A stretch of DNA of 48,973 nucleotides. Source: Victivallales bacterium. Its GTDB lineage: Bacteria; Verrucomicrobiota; Lentisphaeria; Oligosphaerales; Lenti-02. This document shows positions 19,101 through 28,238 of the stretch, in pieces. The notes under the pieces are model-generated. The model made no database searches. It was not told the origin of the DNA and was given only the letters and a program-made list of their open reading frames with translations. The stretch spans positions 1-48,973 of the forward strand of contig QKCY01000601.1 in the NCBI GenBank assembly GCA_003245525.1. The letters are read 5' to 3'. Position numbers and translations under genes: made by a program. Each line of letters opens with the position of its first letter. Positions within the stretch are counted from its first letter, which is position 1.

Positions 19101-20179
19101 GGGGCAGTCTCCTTTCCAGCGGCAGGCACGGGGTTCGCTTCTCTCGACATCATGCCCACGAGGGCATCGACAACGCGTTTGGTCTGGACCGACTCGACGC
19201 ACTCCTGCTCCTCGCGGGGACAGACTTGGCGGAAGCAGGGGCCAATCGGGCACTGGCCCACGAAGACTTGGTGGCCGGGACCATAGGGGCCGGTCAAGTC
19301 GGGCGAGGTGCTGCCAAACAGGGCTACGGTGGGCACGCCCAAGGCCGCCCCCAGGTGCATCGGCCCCGTGTCGTGGGCCAGGAGGGCATCGGAAGCCCGC
19401 AACAGTTCACAAAGCGCGCCCAGATTGGTCTGACCGGCCAGATTGACGGGCGATGCCACCCGGCAGGCGGTCCGGACCTCTTCCGCCACGGACTGCTCAT
19501 CGCGGGAGCCCAGCAGCCACATGGCCGTCCCGGGCCGTTCCTGGGCGAGCTGGTCGAGCACCTTGCCAAAGAACGCCGCCGGCCAGCGCTTGCTCTCCCA
19601 GCGGGTTCCGGGCGCAACCGCCAGCAGTCCCTGCCCTTGGTCGAGACGGTGTTGGTGGAGGAGTTGGCGGGCGAGCTTGACGAAGTCGTGGTGCTGGCGC
19701 AGGGGCGGCTGGCGCACCTCGCCGGTCAGCCGCAGGGCGCTGCGCACGAGGAACACGTTCTTGTCCACCGCATGGGTGAGGTTGGCCGGCACCATGACCT
19801 TCTCGGTATAGAACATCCGGGCCCCCTCCCGCGCCGAACGGAACCCGATGCGGGTCGGTGCCCCGGTCAGCCAGGTCAGGAGGCCGCTGCGGAACAGCCC
19901 CTGGAAGTCGATCACCACGTCGAATCCCCGCTGGCGCAAGTCGCGGGCGAAGGGCAGAATCTCGGGGCAATGGCGCAGCTTGCCGAACCGCCGCCGGGGA
20001 AAGGGGATCACGTCGTCGATGCCCGGCAACAGATCAATCAGCCCGGAGAAAGAGTCGTTCACCAGCCAGGTGATGGTCGCATCCGGGTATTCGCGGCGCA
20101 GCAAATCAACCGCGGGGAACGTATGGATAATGTCCCCGAAACTGCTGGGTTTGACCACCAGGATATTCACGGAATGCAA
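19097..20179 (-). CDS. Glycosyltransferase family 9, LPS heptosyltransferase (WaaC/WaaF-like)
   Basis: ILVVKPSSFGDIIH, DVVIDFQGLFRS, PGTRWESKRWP, HDTGPMHLGAALGVPTVALFG; start may be GTG at 20170. Confidence 0.9.
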   Translation of the reverse strand: MHSVNILVVKPSSFGDIIHTFPAVDLLRREYPDATITWLVNDSFSGLIDLLPGIDDVIPFPRRRFGKLRHCPEILPFARDLRQRGFDVVIDFQGLFRSGLLTWLTGAPTRIGFRSAREGARMFYTEKVMVPANLTHAVDKNVFLVRSALRLTGEVRQPPLRQHHDFVKLARQLLHQHRLDQGQGLLAVAPGTRWESKRWPAAFFGKVLDQLAQERPGTAMWLLGSRDEQSVAEEVRTACRVASPVNLAGQTNLGALCELLRASDALLAHDTGPMHLGAALGVPTVALFGSTSPDLTGPYGPGHQVFVGQCPIGPCFRQVCPREEQECVESVQTKRVVDALVGMMSREANPVPAAGKETAP

Positions 20180-20207
20180 TTCGTTGCCGGGACCGCCGCG
20201 GCAGGCT

Positions 20208-20939
20208 TCAGCGACCGAACGTCAAGCGTTCGGCCAGTCGCTCGGGCAACCCGGCCGCGATGATCTTGGCCTGGCTGGTGGCGACGTCGTATTCGACCCG
20301 GTGCAGGGTGACGAGGCGGTCGTCGGTGGAGTAGGTGACAAAGGCAGCCCGAGGATCCCCATCCCGCGGTTGCCCCACGCTGCCCACGTTGATCAGGTAT
20401 TTGTGGTTCGGCTCGATGCGGATCTGGTCGTAGCGTCCGCCCGAGACGGTGCCGCCGAACTTGTCGAAGGCCAGGGGCACATGGGTGTGCCCGAACAGGC
20501 ATACCGGCGAGAACTGGTATTCGAGACAGACTTCCGCGCTGAACTTGTCGAAGATGTAGCCCCACATGTGGGGCATGTCGAGGGTCGCATGGACCAGGGT
20601 CAGCTTTACCCCGACGCGCTCCTTGTAGGGGAGCGCGGCCAGCCAGTCGCGCTGGTCGTCGTCGAGCTGCCGACGGGTCCACTGGATCGCCTTCGCCGCC
20701 TGGGGGTTGAACCCCAGAAGGTCGCTCTCCGTGCTGGCCTGCTCGTCGTGGTTGCCCTTGACGCACACTTCCATGTCGAGTTGGCGGACGATGTCCACAC
20801 ACTCGCGGGGGTTGGCGTTGTAGCCGACGATGTCCCCGATGCACATGAACCTTTCCACCCCCTCCTCTTCGGCTTTGGCAAGCACGGCCAAGAGGGCTTC
20901 CAGGTTGGCGTGGATATCTCCGATGATCGCGTATTTCAT
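20208..20939 (-). CDS. Metallophosphoesterase (calcineurin-like, YfcE/MJ0912 type)
   Basis: GDIHAN, GDIVGY, GNHD, LVHA, FGHTH, INVGSVGQPRDGDPRA. Confidence 0.9.
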   Translation of the reverse strand: MKYAIIGDIHANLEALLAVLAKAEEEGVERFMCIGDIVGYNANPRECVDIVRQLDMEVCVKGNHDEQASTESDLLGFNPQAAKAIQWTRRQLDDDQRDWLAALPYKERVGVKLTLVHATLDMPHMWGYIFDKFSAEVCLEYQFSPVCLFGHTHVPLAFDKFGGTVSGGRYDQIRIEPNHKYLINVGSVGQPRDGDPRAAFVTYSTDDRLVTLHRVEYDVATSQAKIIAAGLPERLAERLTFGR

Positions 20940-21182
20940 GAAGGTGCTAACTACCCAACAGACGCTAGGATCAACCGCACGCCACAGGCACACGGCCCGA
21001 CTGAACAGACACTGTATTCCCGCCCGTCGCCATGTGCAACCGCTCCCGAGGCAGGAGCCGGTGAACGATCCTCCTTCCGCTCCGGTCTGGAAACCATGGC
21101 GGCGCCAGCCATTCCAGTTCGCGCCCCAGCCATGGACGAGCCATATTGGCCATGGCTCCCGGTGAAGGACAGGGCTCCGGCG

Positions 21183-23282
21183 ATGGCAGACACCCTAGCA
21201 GTAGACAACGCAACCCGTTGGCGCGAGGTCCTCTCCGCCAGCCGACAGCATCCGCGAGACGGACGGTACGACCTGCGGAAGTACTGGCGGGCTCTCGCCT
21301 ACCGGGAGCATCGGGGCGAACCGGAGCCGGTGGTCCGCGCCCAGGCGTTTGCCCATGTGCTGCGCCACATTGGCCTGCATGCATATCCCGGCGAAGCGAT
21401 CGCGGGAAGCCGGGCAGAGTTTGTCGTGAACGAGCTCCCCGCCAGTATCTGCGAGGCAGACTATCAGCAGGCCCTCGCCGAACACGACGCCCGCGGCCAG
21501 CGCACCTTCCAGGCTGGCTTCGACCATGCCACCCCCGACTACCCTGCCCTGCTGGCCGCGGGGATTGATGGCCTAATCCGGCGGGCGCAGGCAAGCCGGG
21601 AACGCCATGCGCAGGCCGCCGAACAGGCGTTTCTCGCTGCCGTCGCGATCTGCTTGGAGGGTCTGGGGGCCCTGGCGGAACGCTACGCCGCCATCAGTCC
21701 GGCCCCCGTGGACTTGCGCCACCTTGCCCATCAGTCGCCCCGAACCTTCCACGAGGCGCTCCAACTCGTCTGGCTGGTCCATCTCGCCTTCGTGAGCGAA
21801 GGACGCTACGCCATGGCCCTGGGTCGGATCGACCAGTACCTCTGGCCCTTCTACCGGGCTGATGTGGCGGCCGGACGTCTCTCTCCGGAGACGGCGTTGG
21901 ATTTGCTCTGCCACACGTGGGCCAAGATCGAGGAATTGGGCGAGATCACCAACATCTGCGTCGGGGGGCTCACGCCAAAGGGCGAGGACGCCACCAACGA
22001 GTTGAGCTACCTGGTCATCGAGGCCACCCGGCTGGTGCAATCCCCGCGCACCAATCTCTCGGCCCGCTTCCACGACGGCTCGCCGGAACGCTACCACCGG
22101 GCCTGTTTCGAGTGTCTGCGGACCGGCGTAGGTTTCCCGGCCCTGTTCAACGACCACGCCCTGATCCCCGGCCTGGTGGAACTGGGCATTCCCCTGGAGA
22201 CCGCCCGCGACTACTCCATGGTGGGTTGCATCGAGACCTACTTCGCCGGACGACAACCCGCCTGGGGCGACGGCGTGCCCGGCTTCCGGGGCGAGAGCAA
22301 CCAGCAGTGCCTCGACCGCGCCTTGCGCGCCATCGCCACGGAACCGAGTCCCACCTATGAAAAACTGGTGGACCGGTTCCGCCTGGAGTTGCGCGCCTTC
22401 TTCCGGCAGTGCGCCGATCGGGTGAACGAGTACGTCGCCCGCTTCCCCCCGGAGCGGTTCCCCGACCCCTTCCTCTCGGCTCTGACCCAAGACTGCATCG
22501 GCCGGGCGCGGGATATCAACGACGGCGGGGCGATGGTACCCCGTTTCTACAAATGCGCGGGCGGGGAGAACCTGGCCAGTCTGGCGGACTCCCTCGCGGC
22601 GGTGAAGAAGCTGGTGTTCGACGAGCGCCAGCTCACCCTCGCCGACCTGGTCGCCTCGCTCGATGCGGATTTCGCGGGTTTGGAGCCCCTGCGCAATCTC
22701 CTGCTCAACGCCGCGCCCAAATACGGCAACGACGATCCGTATGTGGACAAGATCGCGGCGGCGATGCTGGAACTGGTTACCGAAGAGGTCATGGCTCTAC
22801 CGCCGGTCCATGGCGGTGGCCGCTTCGTGGCCTGCGCGGCAGGCAACGTCCACAACATCGTGCGGGGAAAGCAGGTCGGGGCCACACCGGATGGCAGGCG
22901 GGCGGGCGAACCGCTCGCGGACGCCACCAGTCCCTTCTTCGGGCGCGACCGGCAAGGCCCGACCGCTATCCTGAACTCCATGGGGCGGACCGCCTGCCGC
23001 CAGGTTCTCGGCGGCCGCGTGGCCAACCTGAAATTCGAACCCGAGCATTTTGCGGGCGAGGAAGGGGTCCGGCGTTTCGGGGCCTTCACCCGCCTGTTTG
23101 TCGAGCGCCGCATCCAGGAACTCCAGGTGAACTTCACCGGCAACGCCATCCTCCGCGACGCCCGCCAAAACCCCGAACGGTACCGGAATCTGGTGGTGCG
23201 CGTCAGCGGCTTCTCGGCCTACTTCACCCAGCTCTCGCCCGAAGTCCAAGACGACGTCATCCGCCGCCGCGCCCATATGTAG
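21183..23282 (+). CDS. Glycyl radical enzyme (PFL-like superfamily)
   Basis: LGRIDQYLWPFY, GFPALFND, SMVGCIE (active-site Cys), APKYGNDD, GATPDGRRAG, C-terminal LVVRVSGFSAYF glycyl-radical motif; start codon uncertain. Confidence 0.85.
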   Translation: MADTLAVDNATRWREVLSASRQHPRDGRYDLRKYWRALAYREHRGEPEPVVRAQAFAHVLRHIGLHAYPGEAIAGSRAEFVVNELPASICEADYQQALAEHDARGQRTFQAGFDHATPDYPALLAAGIDGLIRRAQASRERHAQAAEQAFLAAVAICLEGLGALAERYAAISPAPVDLRHLAHQSPRTFHEALQLVWLVHLAFVSEGRYAMALGRIDQYLWPFYRADVAAGRLSPETALDLLCHTWAKIEELGEITNICVGGLTPKGEDATNELSYLVIEATRLVQSPRTNLSARFHDGSPERYHRACFECLRTGVGFPALFNDHALIPGLVELGIPLETARDYSMVGCIETYFAGRQPAWGDGVPGFRGESNQQCLDRALRAIATEPSPTYEKLVDRFRLELRAFFRQCADRVNEYVARFPPERFPDPFLSALTQDCIGRARDINDGGAMVPRFYKCAGGENLASLADSLAAVKKLVFDERQLTLADLVASLDADFAGLEPLRNLLLNAAPKYGNDDPYVDKIAAAMLELVTEEVMALPPVHGGGRFVACAAGNVHNIVRGKQVGATPDGRRAGEPLADATSPFFGRDRQGPTAILNSMGRTACRQVLGGRVANLKFEPEHFAGEEGVRRFGAFTRLFVERRIQELQVNFTGNAILRDARQNPERYRNLVVRVSGFSAYFTQLSPEVQDDVIRRRAHM

Positions 23283-23284
23283 CC

Positions 23285-23335
23285 GTAGCGCAGGCGTCCT
23301 CGCCTGCCGCGCGCGGTCAGCGACCGCGCGACTAC
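23285..23335. repeat. GTAG...CTAC REP-like doublet between convergent genes
   Basis: gtag-cgcaggcg-tcct-cgcctgc followed by cgcgcggtc-agc-gaccgcgcg-actac. Confidence 0.65.
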
Positions 23336-23356
23336 CTGTCTGGCATGTCCGCTACG

Positions 23357-24622
23357 CTACGGGCGCGACTGAAGATGCTCGCTGACTTGCCGGATGAAGA
23401 TGTCCGCCGCTGCGTCTCCGTGGCGTTGGCGCAGGTCGAGGCAGTAGCCTTTGAACTCGTCCAGGGACACGCTGGCACCGTGCCGGAGTTCCGATAGGTA
23501 GCTGGCCCCGATCACGGCCATCGCCTCGGCGGCGCGTTCCGCATCGTAGAGCGGGCGGCGGCCCTGTTGGATGCAACGGCAGGCCTCGCGGATCATCGCC
23601 ATGAAACCGGAGTAGGCGGGCTCTTTGCCCTCGGCGATGTTGTAGCCGGTCAGGGGATTCTGGGTCGGCACCTCATGGGCGTTGCCCCAGGCATCGAGCA
23701 CCTTCAGCGGACTGCCCAACACCAGCTCGCCCGCGCTGCCCACAATCCGGTTGCCAGGGCGATCCTGGCCGCTCCAGGAGGCCTCGATGTGGACCATGGT
23801 CCGGCTGCCCGTCGTGGGGCATTCGAGATCGAACACCACATGGGCATCGTCCTCTACGGCCACCTTCTCCAGCGCGCCGTTGACCAAACGTTCCGGCATG
23901 CGCAGCGCCACGCCGATCGGCCGCACCGCCTGGGCACGGACCGGTTTCTGCCCGAACCCGCAGATGAACCAGGCGGTGGCAATCGCGTGGACGCCCATAT
24001 CGGTCAGCGCCCCGCCGCCGCTCAGTTCGGGACTCCAGCGTACCGGCAGTACCTCCCGGATACCGAAGGAGATGTTCATCAGCAACGGCTGGCCGATGGT
24101 ACCGGAATCAAGCTGCTTCTTGGCGTCGTACCACGGCGACTCGAACATGAGGTTCTCGGCGCAGCAGAACTGCTTGCCGCTGGCCTGGACCGCCTCCAGC
24201 ACCGGCAGGCATTCCAGCCAGGTCCGGGTCATAGGCTTCTCGCAGAAGACGTGCAAGCCCGCCTCCAGAGCCAACACGGAGAGCGATGCGTGGGCCTTGG
24301 GCGGCGCGATGATATCCACCATGTCGAGCCCACCCGCGCGGCACATGGTCGCGGCGTCCGCATAGCCCTTGAGCTCGGCCGCATCGCTGCGCAATTCGGC
24401 GGCACGGGCGGTGTCCCCGGCTGCCTCCTGCTGCCGGGCCTCGTCCTCGAAAGCGGCCTTCACGGCAGCAACGGCCCGGGCGAGACGGTCGGGATTCGTC
24501 TCGCAGACGGCGGCGAGTTTCGCCTCGCGCACGTTGCGATAGGCGTGCAGATGCCCCGAACCGCCGCCCCAGCCATAGAAGATGCTGCCCGTGCCAATGG
24601 CGCCAATGCGTAGTCTGTCCAT
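23357..24622 (-). CDS. Gfo/Idh/MocA family oxidoreductase
   Basis: LRIGAIGTG, AGLHVFCEKPM, SGGGALTDMGVH; AGGAG before ATG 24622. Confidence 0.88.
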   Translation of the reverse strand: MDRLRIGAIGTGSIFYGWGGGSGHLHAYRNVREAKLAAVCETNPDRLARAVAAVKAAFEDEARQQEAAGDTARAAELRSDAAELKGYADAATMCRAGGLDMVDIIAPPKAHASLSVLALEAGLHVFCEKPMTRTWLECLPVLEAVQASGKQFCCAENLMFESPWYDAKKQLDSGTIGQPLLMNISFGIREVLPVRWSPELSGGGALTDMGVHAIATAWFICGFGQKPVRAQAVRPIGVALRMPERLVNGALEKVAVEDDAHVVFDLECPTTGSRTMVHIEASWSGQDRPGNRIVGSAGELVLGSPLKVLDAWGNAHEVPTQNPLTGYNIAEGKEPAYSGFMAMIREACRCIQQGRRPLYDAERAAEAMAVIGASYLSELRHGASVSLDEFKGYCLDLRQRHGDAAADIFIRQVSEHLQSRP

Positions 24623-24638
24623 GGTCGTAGACTCCTGG

Positions 24639-25478
24639 CTACTGGATTTCCCGGAGAGCATTGACGAGGTATGCGCGGCTCTCGGCGATCATCCGCCGTC
24701 CCTGTTCGGGGGAAAAGCCGCCTTCGGATTCGAGGGAGAGCACGCTGTCGTAACCGTATCTGGCCAGGACGGCGATACACCCGGCCAGGTTCACCGTACC
24801 CTTGCCGAGGGCCACGCACTCGCTCCCGGCCACGTCCTTCACGTGGACATGGACCACGCGATCGACCACCGCGTCTAGAGTGGGCACCTCGTCCTGCTTC
24901 TCGCCGAAGGGCGTCCAGGAATAGGCACCTTGGACGGTCTCGACATATTGGGCGCGATGCACGTTGGCCGTGTCGTAGTTGATGCCCAGCCAGGGCGAGG
25001 CAGTGAGCCCGAGAATCCGACGCAGGCCGTCGGCGGTGAGGGAGAAGGTGCCGTGGGGTTCGATAGCTAGATAGACGCCGCATTCCTCGGCCACGGGCAG
25101 GATGGCATCGAGCCGCTGGCGGAGAAGATCGAGGGCCGACTCTTCGGTCATTCCCGCCGGTTTCTGGCCGTCGCCGGCGTTGACCACGGGAATGCCTGCC
25201 GCCCCGGCCCAGCGGATCGTCTGGCTGATTCCCTCGACGCAGGCCGGATCGGGGATCATTGCCCCATGGGGCGCCCATAGGGCCGTGGCCCCCGCGAAAC
25301 CGAAGTCCTTCACCTTCTGGCGGAAGACATCCGGATCGTCGTGCCAGGGGTCCACATGGGGACACCAGGGCGCGGTAGCCTGGGGCTCCACGTACTCGTA
25401 GCCAGCCTCCGCAATCCAGGCCATGGCCTGTTCGAGCGAGTGCTCGCGAAATGTCACGGTACCGCATCCGATCTGCAT
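24639..25478 (-). CDS. Sugar phosphate isomerase/epimerase (xylose-isomerase-like TIM barrel)
   Basis: GYEYVE, LAIEPHG, GINYDTAN, VHVHVKD, LGKGTVN, LSLESE. Confidence 0.88.
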   Translation of the reverse strand: MQIGCGTVTFREHSLEQAMAWIAEAGYEYVEPQATAPWCPHVDPWHDDPDVFRQKVKDFGFAGATALWAPHGAMIPDPACVEGISQTIRWAGAAGIPVVNAGDGQKPAGMTEESALDLLRQRLDAILPVAEECGVYLAIEPHGTFSLTADGLRRILGLTASPWLGINYDTANVHRAQYVETVQGAYSWTPFGEKQDEVPTLDAVVDRVVHVHVKDVAGSECVALGKGTVNLAGCIAVLARYGYDSVLSLESEGGFSPEQGRRMIAESRAYLVNALREIQ

Positions 25479-25482
25479 GGTC

Positions 25483-26610
25483 TCACTCTCCCGTTGGATT
25501 CCGGTCGCCGCAGGTGCGCCGGACGATGAGCCGGGCGGGCAGAACTACCTGCCGATACTCCCCGGCGACCGCCACATTCTGGCCCTCGATCCTGCCCAAC
25601 AGGATGCGGGCCGCCATTTCGCCAGTTTCCCGGGCGGGCTGGGCCATGGTGGTCAGGCCCAGATCCGCCGCGTACCGGACATTGTCGAATCCCACCAGCG
25701 CCATATCATCCGGCACGGTTCTCCCAGCCTCTCCCAGCGCGCGCAAGGCCCCGACCGCGAGCCGGTCGCTAACCGCAAACACCGCCGTGGGCGGCGACGG
25801 CAGAGCCAGCAGGCGTTTCATCTCGTCGTAGCCGCCGCTGCTCGGTTCGTAACCGGACCCGCGCTCCGGGCCAGTGTCCATGATGCTGGCGACCAGCGTT
25901 TCGTCGTAGGCAATACCGTGACGCTCCAGCGCCCGGCGATAGCCCGCCAGCCGGTCCTCGATGGCGGTGGACATCAGCCAGCCCAGACAGCCAATCCGGC
26001 GGTGCCCCAACCCGGTCAGGTGGCCCACCGCGATCTCGGCTCCGGCCCGGTTGTCGGTCACCACCCAATCCGTGGGGATGTCCCGGAAGAAGCGGTTGAC
26101 GAGGACAAAGGGGAAGCCCGAGTCCTTCAGTTCGGCAATGGCGGGGGCATTGGCTCTGCCCCAGGTGGGAAAGATGATCGCGCCATCCTCCCGGCCTCCG
26201 ACCAGCGCCCGGATATGTTCCGCTTCCAGCGCCGCGTCGCGCTCCGAACTGTAGACCGACACCCGGCACCCGGACCGCCGGGCCGCCGCCGCCAATCCCC
26301 GGTGAATCTCGCAGACGAACAGATCCTCGATGTCTGGGACGATGAAGGCCAGCGTCCGGCTGCGGCTCGGCACCGATGGCGTCGCGAAGGTCCCTTTGCG
26401 CTGAATGCGGGTGACCAGACCTTCCTGGGCCAGGTCGCGCAGGGCATGGGTCACGGTGATCCGGCCCACCCCATAGTGCACCGCCAGCTCGTCCACCGCA
26501 GGCAGCGCCTCCCAGGCCGGATACGTGCCAGCCTCGATCCGTTGCCGCAGTTCCTCCCGGATCTGGACATACAGGGGCGTTTCACGGGTCCGCTCGACCG
26601 CCACAGGCAC
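25483..26610 (-). CDS. GntR-HTH / LacI-type sugar-binding domain transcriptional regulator (AraR-like)
   Basis: N-terminal PLYVQIREELRQRIEAG...LP...ELA...GVGRITV...QRKGTF; C-terminal PTAVFAVSD, VPDDMALVGFD, LTTMAQP; GTG start with GGAGA. Confidence 0.88.
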   Translation of the reverse strand: MPVAVERTRETPLYVQIREELRQRIEAGTYPAWEALPAVDELAVHYGVGRITVTHALRDLAQEGLVTRIQRKGTFATPSVPSRSRTLAFIVPDIEDLFVCEIHRGLAAAARRSGCRVSVYSSERDAALEAEHIRALVGGREDGAIIFPTWGRANAPAIAELKDSGFPFVLVNRFFRDIPTDWVVTDNRAGAEIAVGHLTGLGHRRIGCLGWLMSTAIEDRLAGYRRALERHGIAYDETLVASIMDTGPERGSGYEPSSGGYDEMKRLLALPSPPTAVFAVSDRLAVGALRALGEAGRTVPDDMALVGFDNVRYAADLGLTTMAQPARETGEMAARILLGRIEGQNVAVAGEYRQVVLPARLIVRRTCGDRNPTGE

Positions 26611-26625
26611 TCTCCATATGCACCG

Positions 26626-26669
26626 AATAGAGTTTTAATAGACTTTATTTTCTCCCGACACCCCGTCAA
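26626..26669 (-). promoter_or_regulatory. Putative sigma70 promoter with overlapping direct repeat upstream of the regulator
   Basis: Minus strand TTGACG (26669-26664), 16 bp, TAAAGT (26647-26642); aataga(g/c)ttt repeated at 26626-26635 and 26637-26646. Confidence 0.45.
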
Positions 26670-26723
26670 GGGGCAATCCAACCTTTTGTCTGCCCCAAGA
26701 AACGGAAGCGCCAACCGCCGGTT

Positions 26724-28238
26724 CTAGGCGTTCCGGCGGCGGGGGAGCACGGTGAGCACCATGCCCACGAGGAAGAGTCCCAGCCCCACGGCGGGAGCGG
26801 CCACTTTCCCCGTCTGGGAGACCGGGCTGCGGGCGGTCTCCAGTTCGCGGGTAGTCTGTGGGCTCCACCCGGTCAGCCGGGCGTCGTCGGCGCGGGGCAG
26901 GTCCGCCCCGCCTTCGGTGAAGGCGTAGAGTTTGCCGTCGTGCCCGGGATAGAGCAGGAGGGCCTCGCCACCATCGCGCTGGAGGAGCGAAGGGGAGGAC
27001 CACAGGGAGGCACCGCGGGTCTCGTAGGACCACAGCATATCGCCCGAGGAAAAGTCCATGAGCGCACAACCCGTCTCGCCGTCGAGCGCATAGAGCCGGT
27101 TGTCCAACGAACAGATGAAGACGGTGGGGCGTCCCTTGATATGGCCCAAGGCCGGCGAGGACACCACGTACTTGCCCGTCTGGAACTTCCAGACCTCGTC
27201 GCCCGCCTTGGCCTCGATGGCGTGGACGCAGCGGTCGGAGGAACCGATGGCCAGGAGCAGCAAGTCGCCCGCCTTGTAGAGCACCGGCGTGGAAAGGATC
27301 TCGTGACCCGCCTTGTAGTGCCAGAGCGAGGCACCCGTGGCGGCATTCAGACAGCGGACCATGCCCCAGGCGTTGGCGGCGACCACGACCGGCACGTTGG
27401 CGATCTCGGCCACCAGCGGGGCGGCATCGATCCGGTGATCGGTGAGATAGGTCCACACCTCCTTGCCGGTACGGGCGTCGCAACAGTACAGCCTGCCGTC
27501 CTCGGAGCCGAAGTAGAGCCGAGGCTCGCCGCAGTCCTGGGAGTTCTTCTTGATCCGGTAGAAGGTGGGCGTGGTGAGGTGTCCGCTGGAGATGCGTTCC
27601 TTCCAGATCAGATTCCCGGTCGCCGCCTCGATGGCATAGAGGTCGCCGTTCTGGGTGGTGCGCAGGGGCCGCCGGTCGCCATTCCACATGGTGGAGAACA
27701 GAACGTCCCGACCGTCGAGATCCACCACCAGCGGCGATCCGGCCACGCTCTCGCCCACGGTGTAGGTCCAGTTGTAGGTTTCGTAGTTCCAGAGCTTCTT
27801 GCCAGTACGGGCGTCGAGGCCGTAGAAGCAGCGGTCACTCGAAGCGACGAACAGCATGGGCTGGCCCTTGATCCAGGCAAAAGCAGGAGACGCCTTCACC
27901 AGGCAGCCGGTGGTGAACCGCCAGATCTCCCGCCCGTTTTCGGGATCGAGGCAGTAGATGTTGTGGTCGTAGGAGCCGACGAAGATGCGCAGCTTCCCAT
28001 CCACCACCGCGCCGATGGCGTTGCTGGTCCAGACGCTGGCCCCCTGGCAGTACTTCCAGGTGTGACTGCCGAGGTCGAAGGTCCACAGGTGGCGATAGGG
28101 CGGGGTCTTGAGCTGAAGCCCGGACTGGCCGCTCCGGCTGGGATCGCCCCGGAACATGGGCCATTCGGGACGCGGCTTGTCCTCCTGGGCCGGAACCCAG
28201 GCCGCAACGAGCAGGAGAATCAGAGCCAGGTGCCTCAT
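26724..28238 (-). CDS. PQQ-like/BamB-type beta-propeller repeat protein with signal peptide and C-terminal TM anchor
   Basis: WPMFRGDPSRSG, repeated ...LD..TG...W.(F/Y).T blades, C-terminal hydrophobic helix + RRR; ATGA overlap at 28235-28238. Confidence 0.82.
   Translation of the reverse strand: MRHLALILLLVAAWVPAQEDKPRPEWPMFRGDPSRSGQSGLQLKTPPYRHLWTFDLGSHTWKYCQGASVWTSNAIGAVVDGKLRIFVGSYDHNIYCLDPENGREIWRFTTGCLVKASPAFAWIKGQPMLFVASSDRCFYGLDARTGKKLWNYETYNWTYTVGESVAGSPLVVDLDGRDVLFSTMWNGDRRPLRTTQNGDLYAIEAATGNLIWKERISSGHLTTPTFYRIKKNSQDCGEPRLYFGSEDGRLYCCDARTGKEVWTYLTDHRIDAAPLVAEIANVPVVVAANAWGMVRCLNAATGASLWHYKAGHEILSTPVLYKAGDLLLLAIGSSDRCVHAIEAKAGDEVWKFQTGKYVVSSPALGHIKGRPTVFICSLDNRLYALDGETGCALMDFSSGDMLWSYETRGASLWSSPSLLQRDGGEALLLYPGHDGKLYAFTEGGADLPRADDARLTGWSPQTTRELETARSPVSQTGKVAAPAVGLGLFLVGMVLTVLPRRRNA

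Noticed and set aside
19848-21182. N-terminal 445-aa extension of the glycyl radical enzyme in the ORF track
   Set aside because: It overlaps the GT9 and phosphoesterase genes on the opposite strand; GRE-like sequence begins only near 21183-21300.
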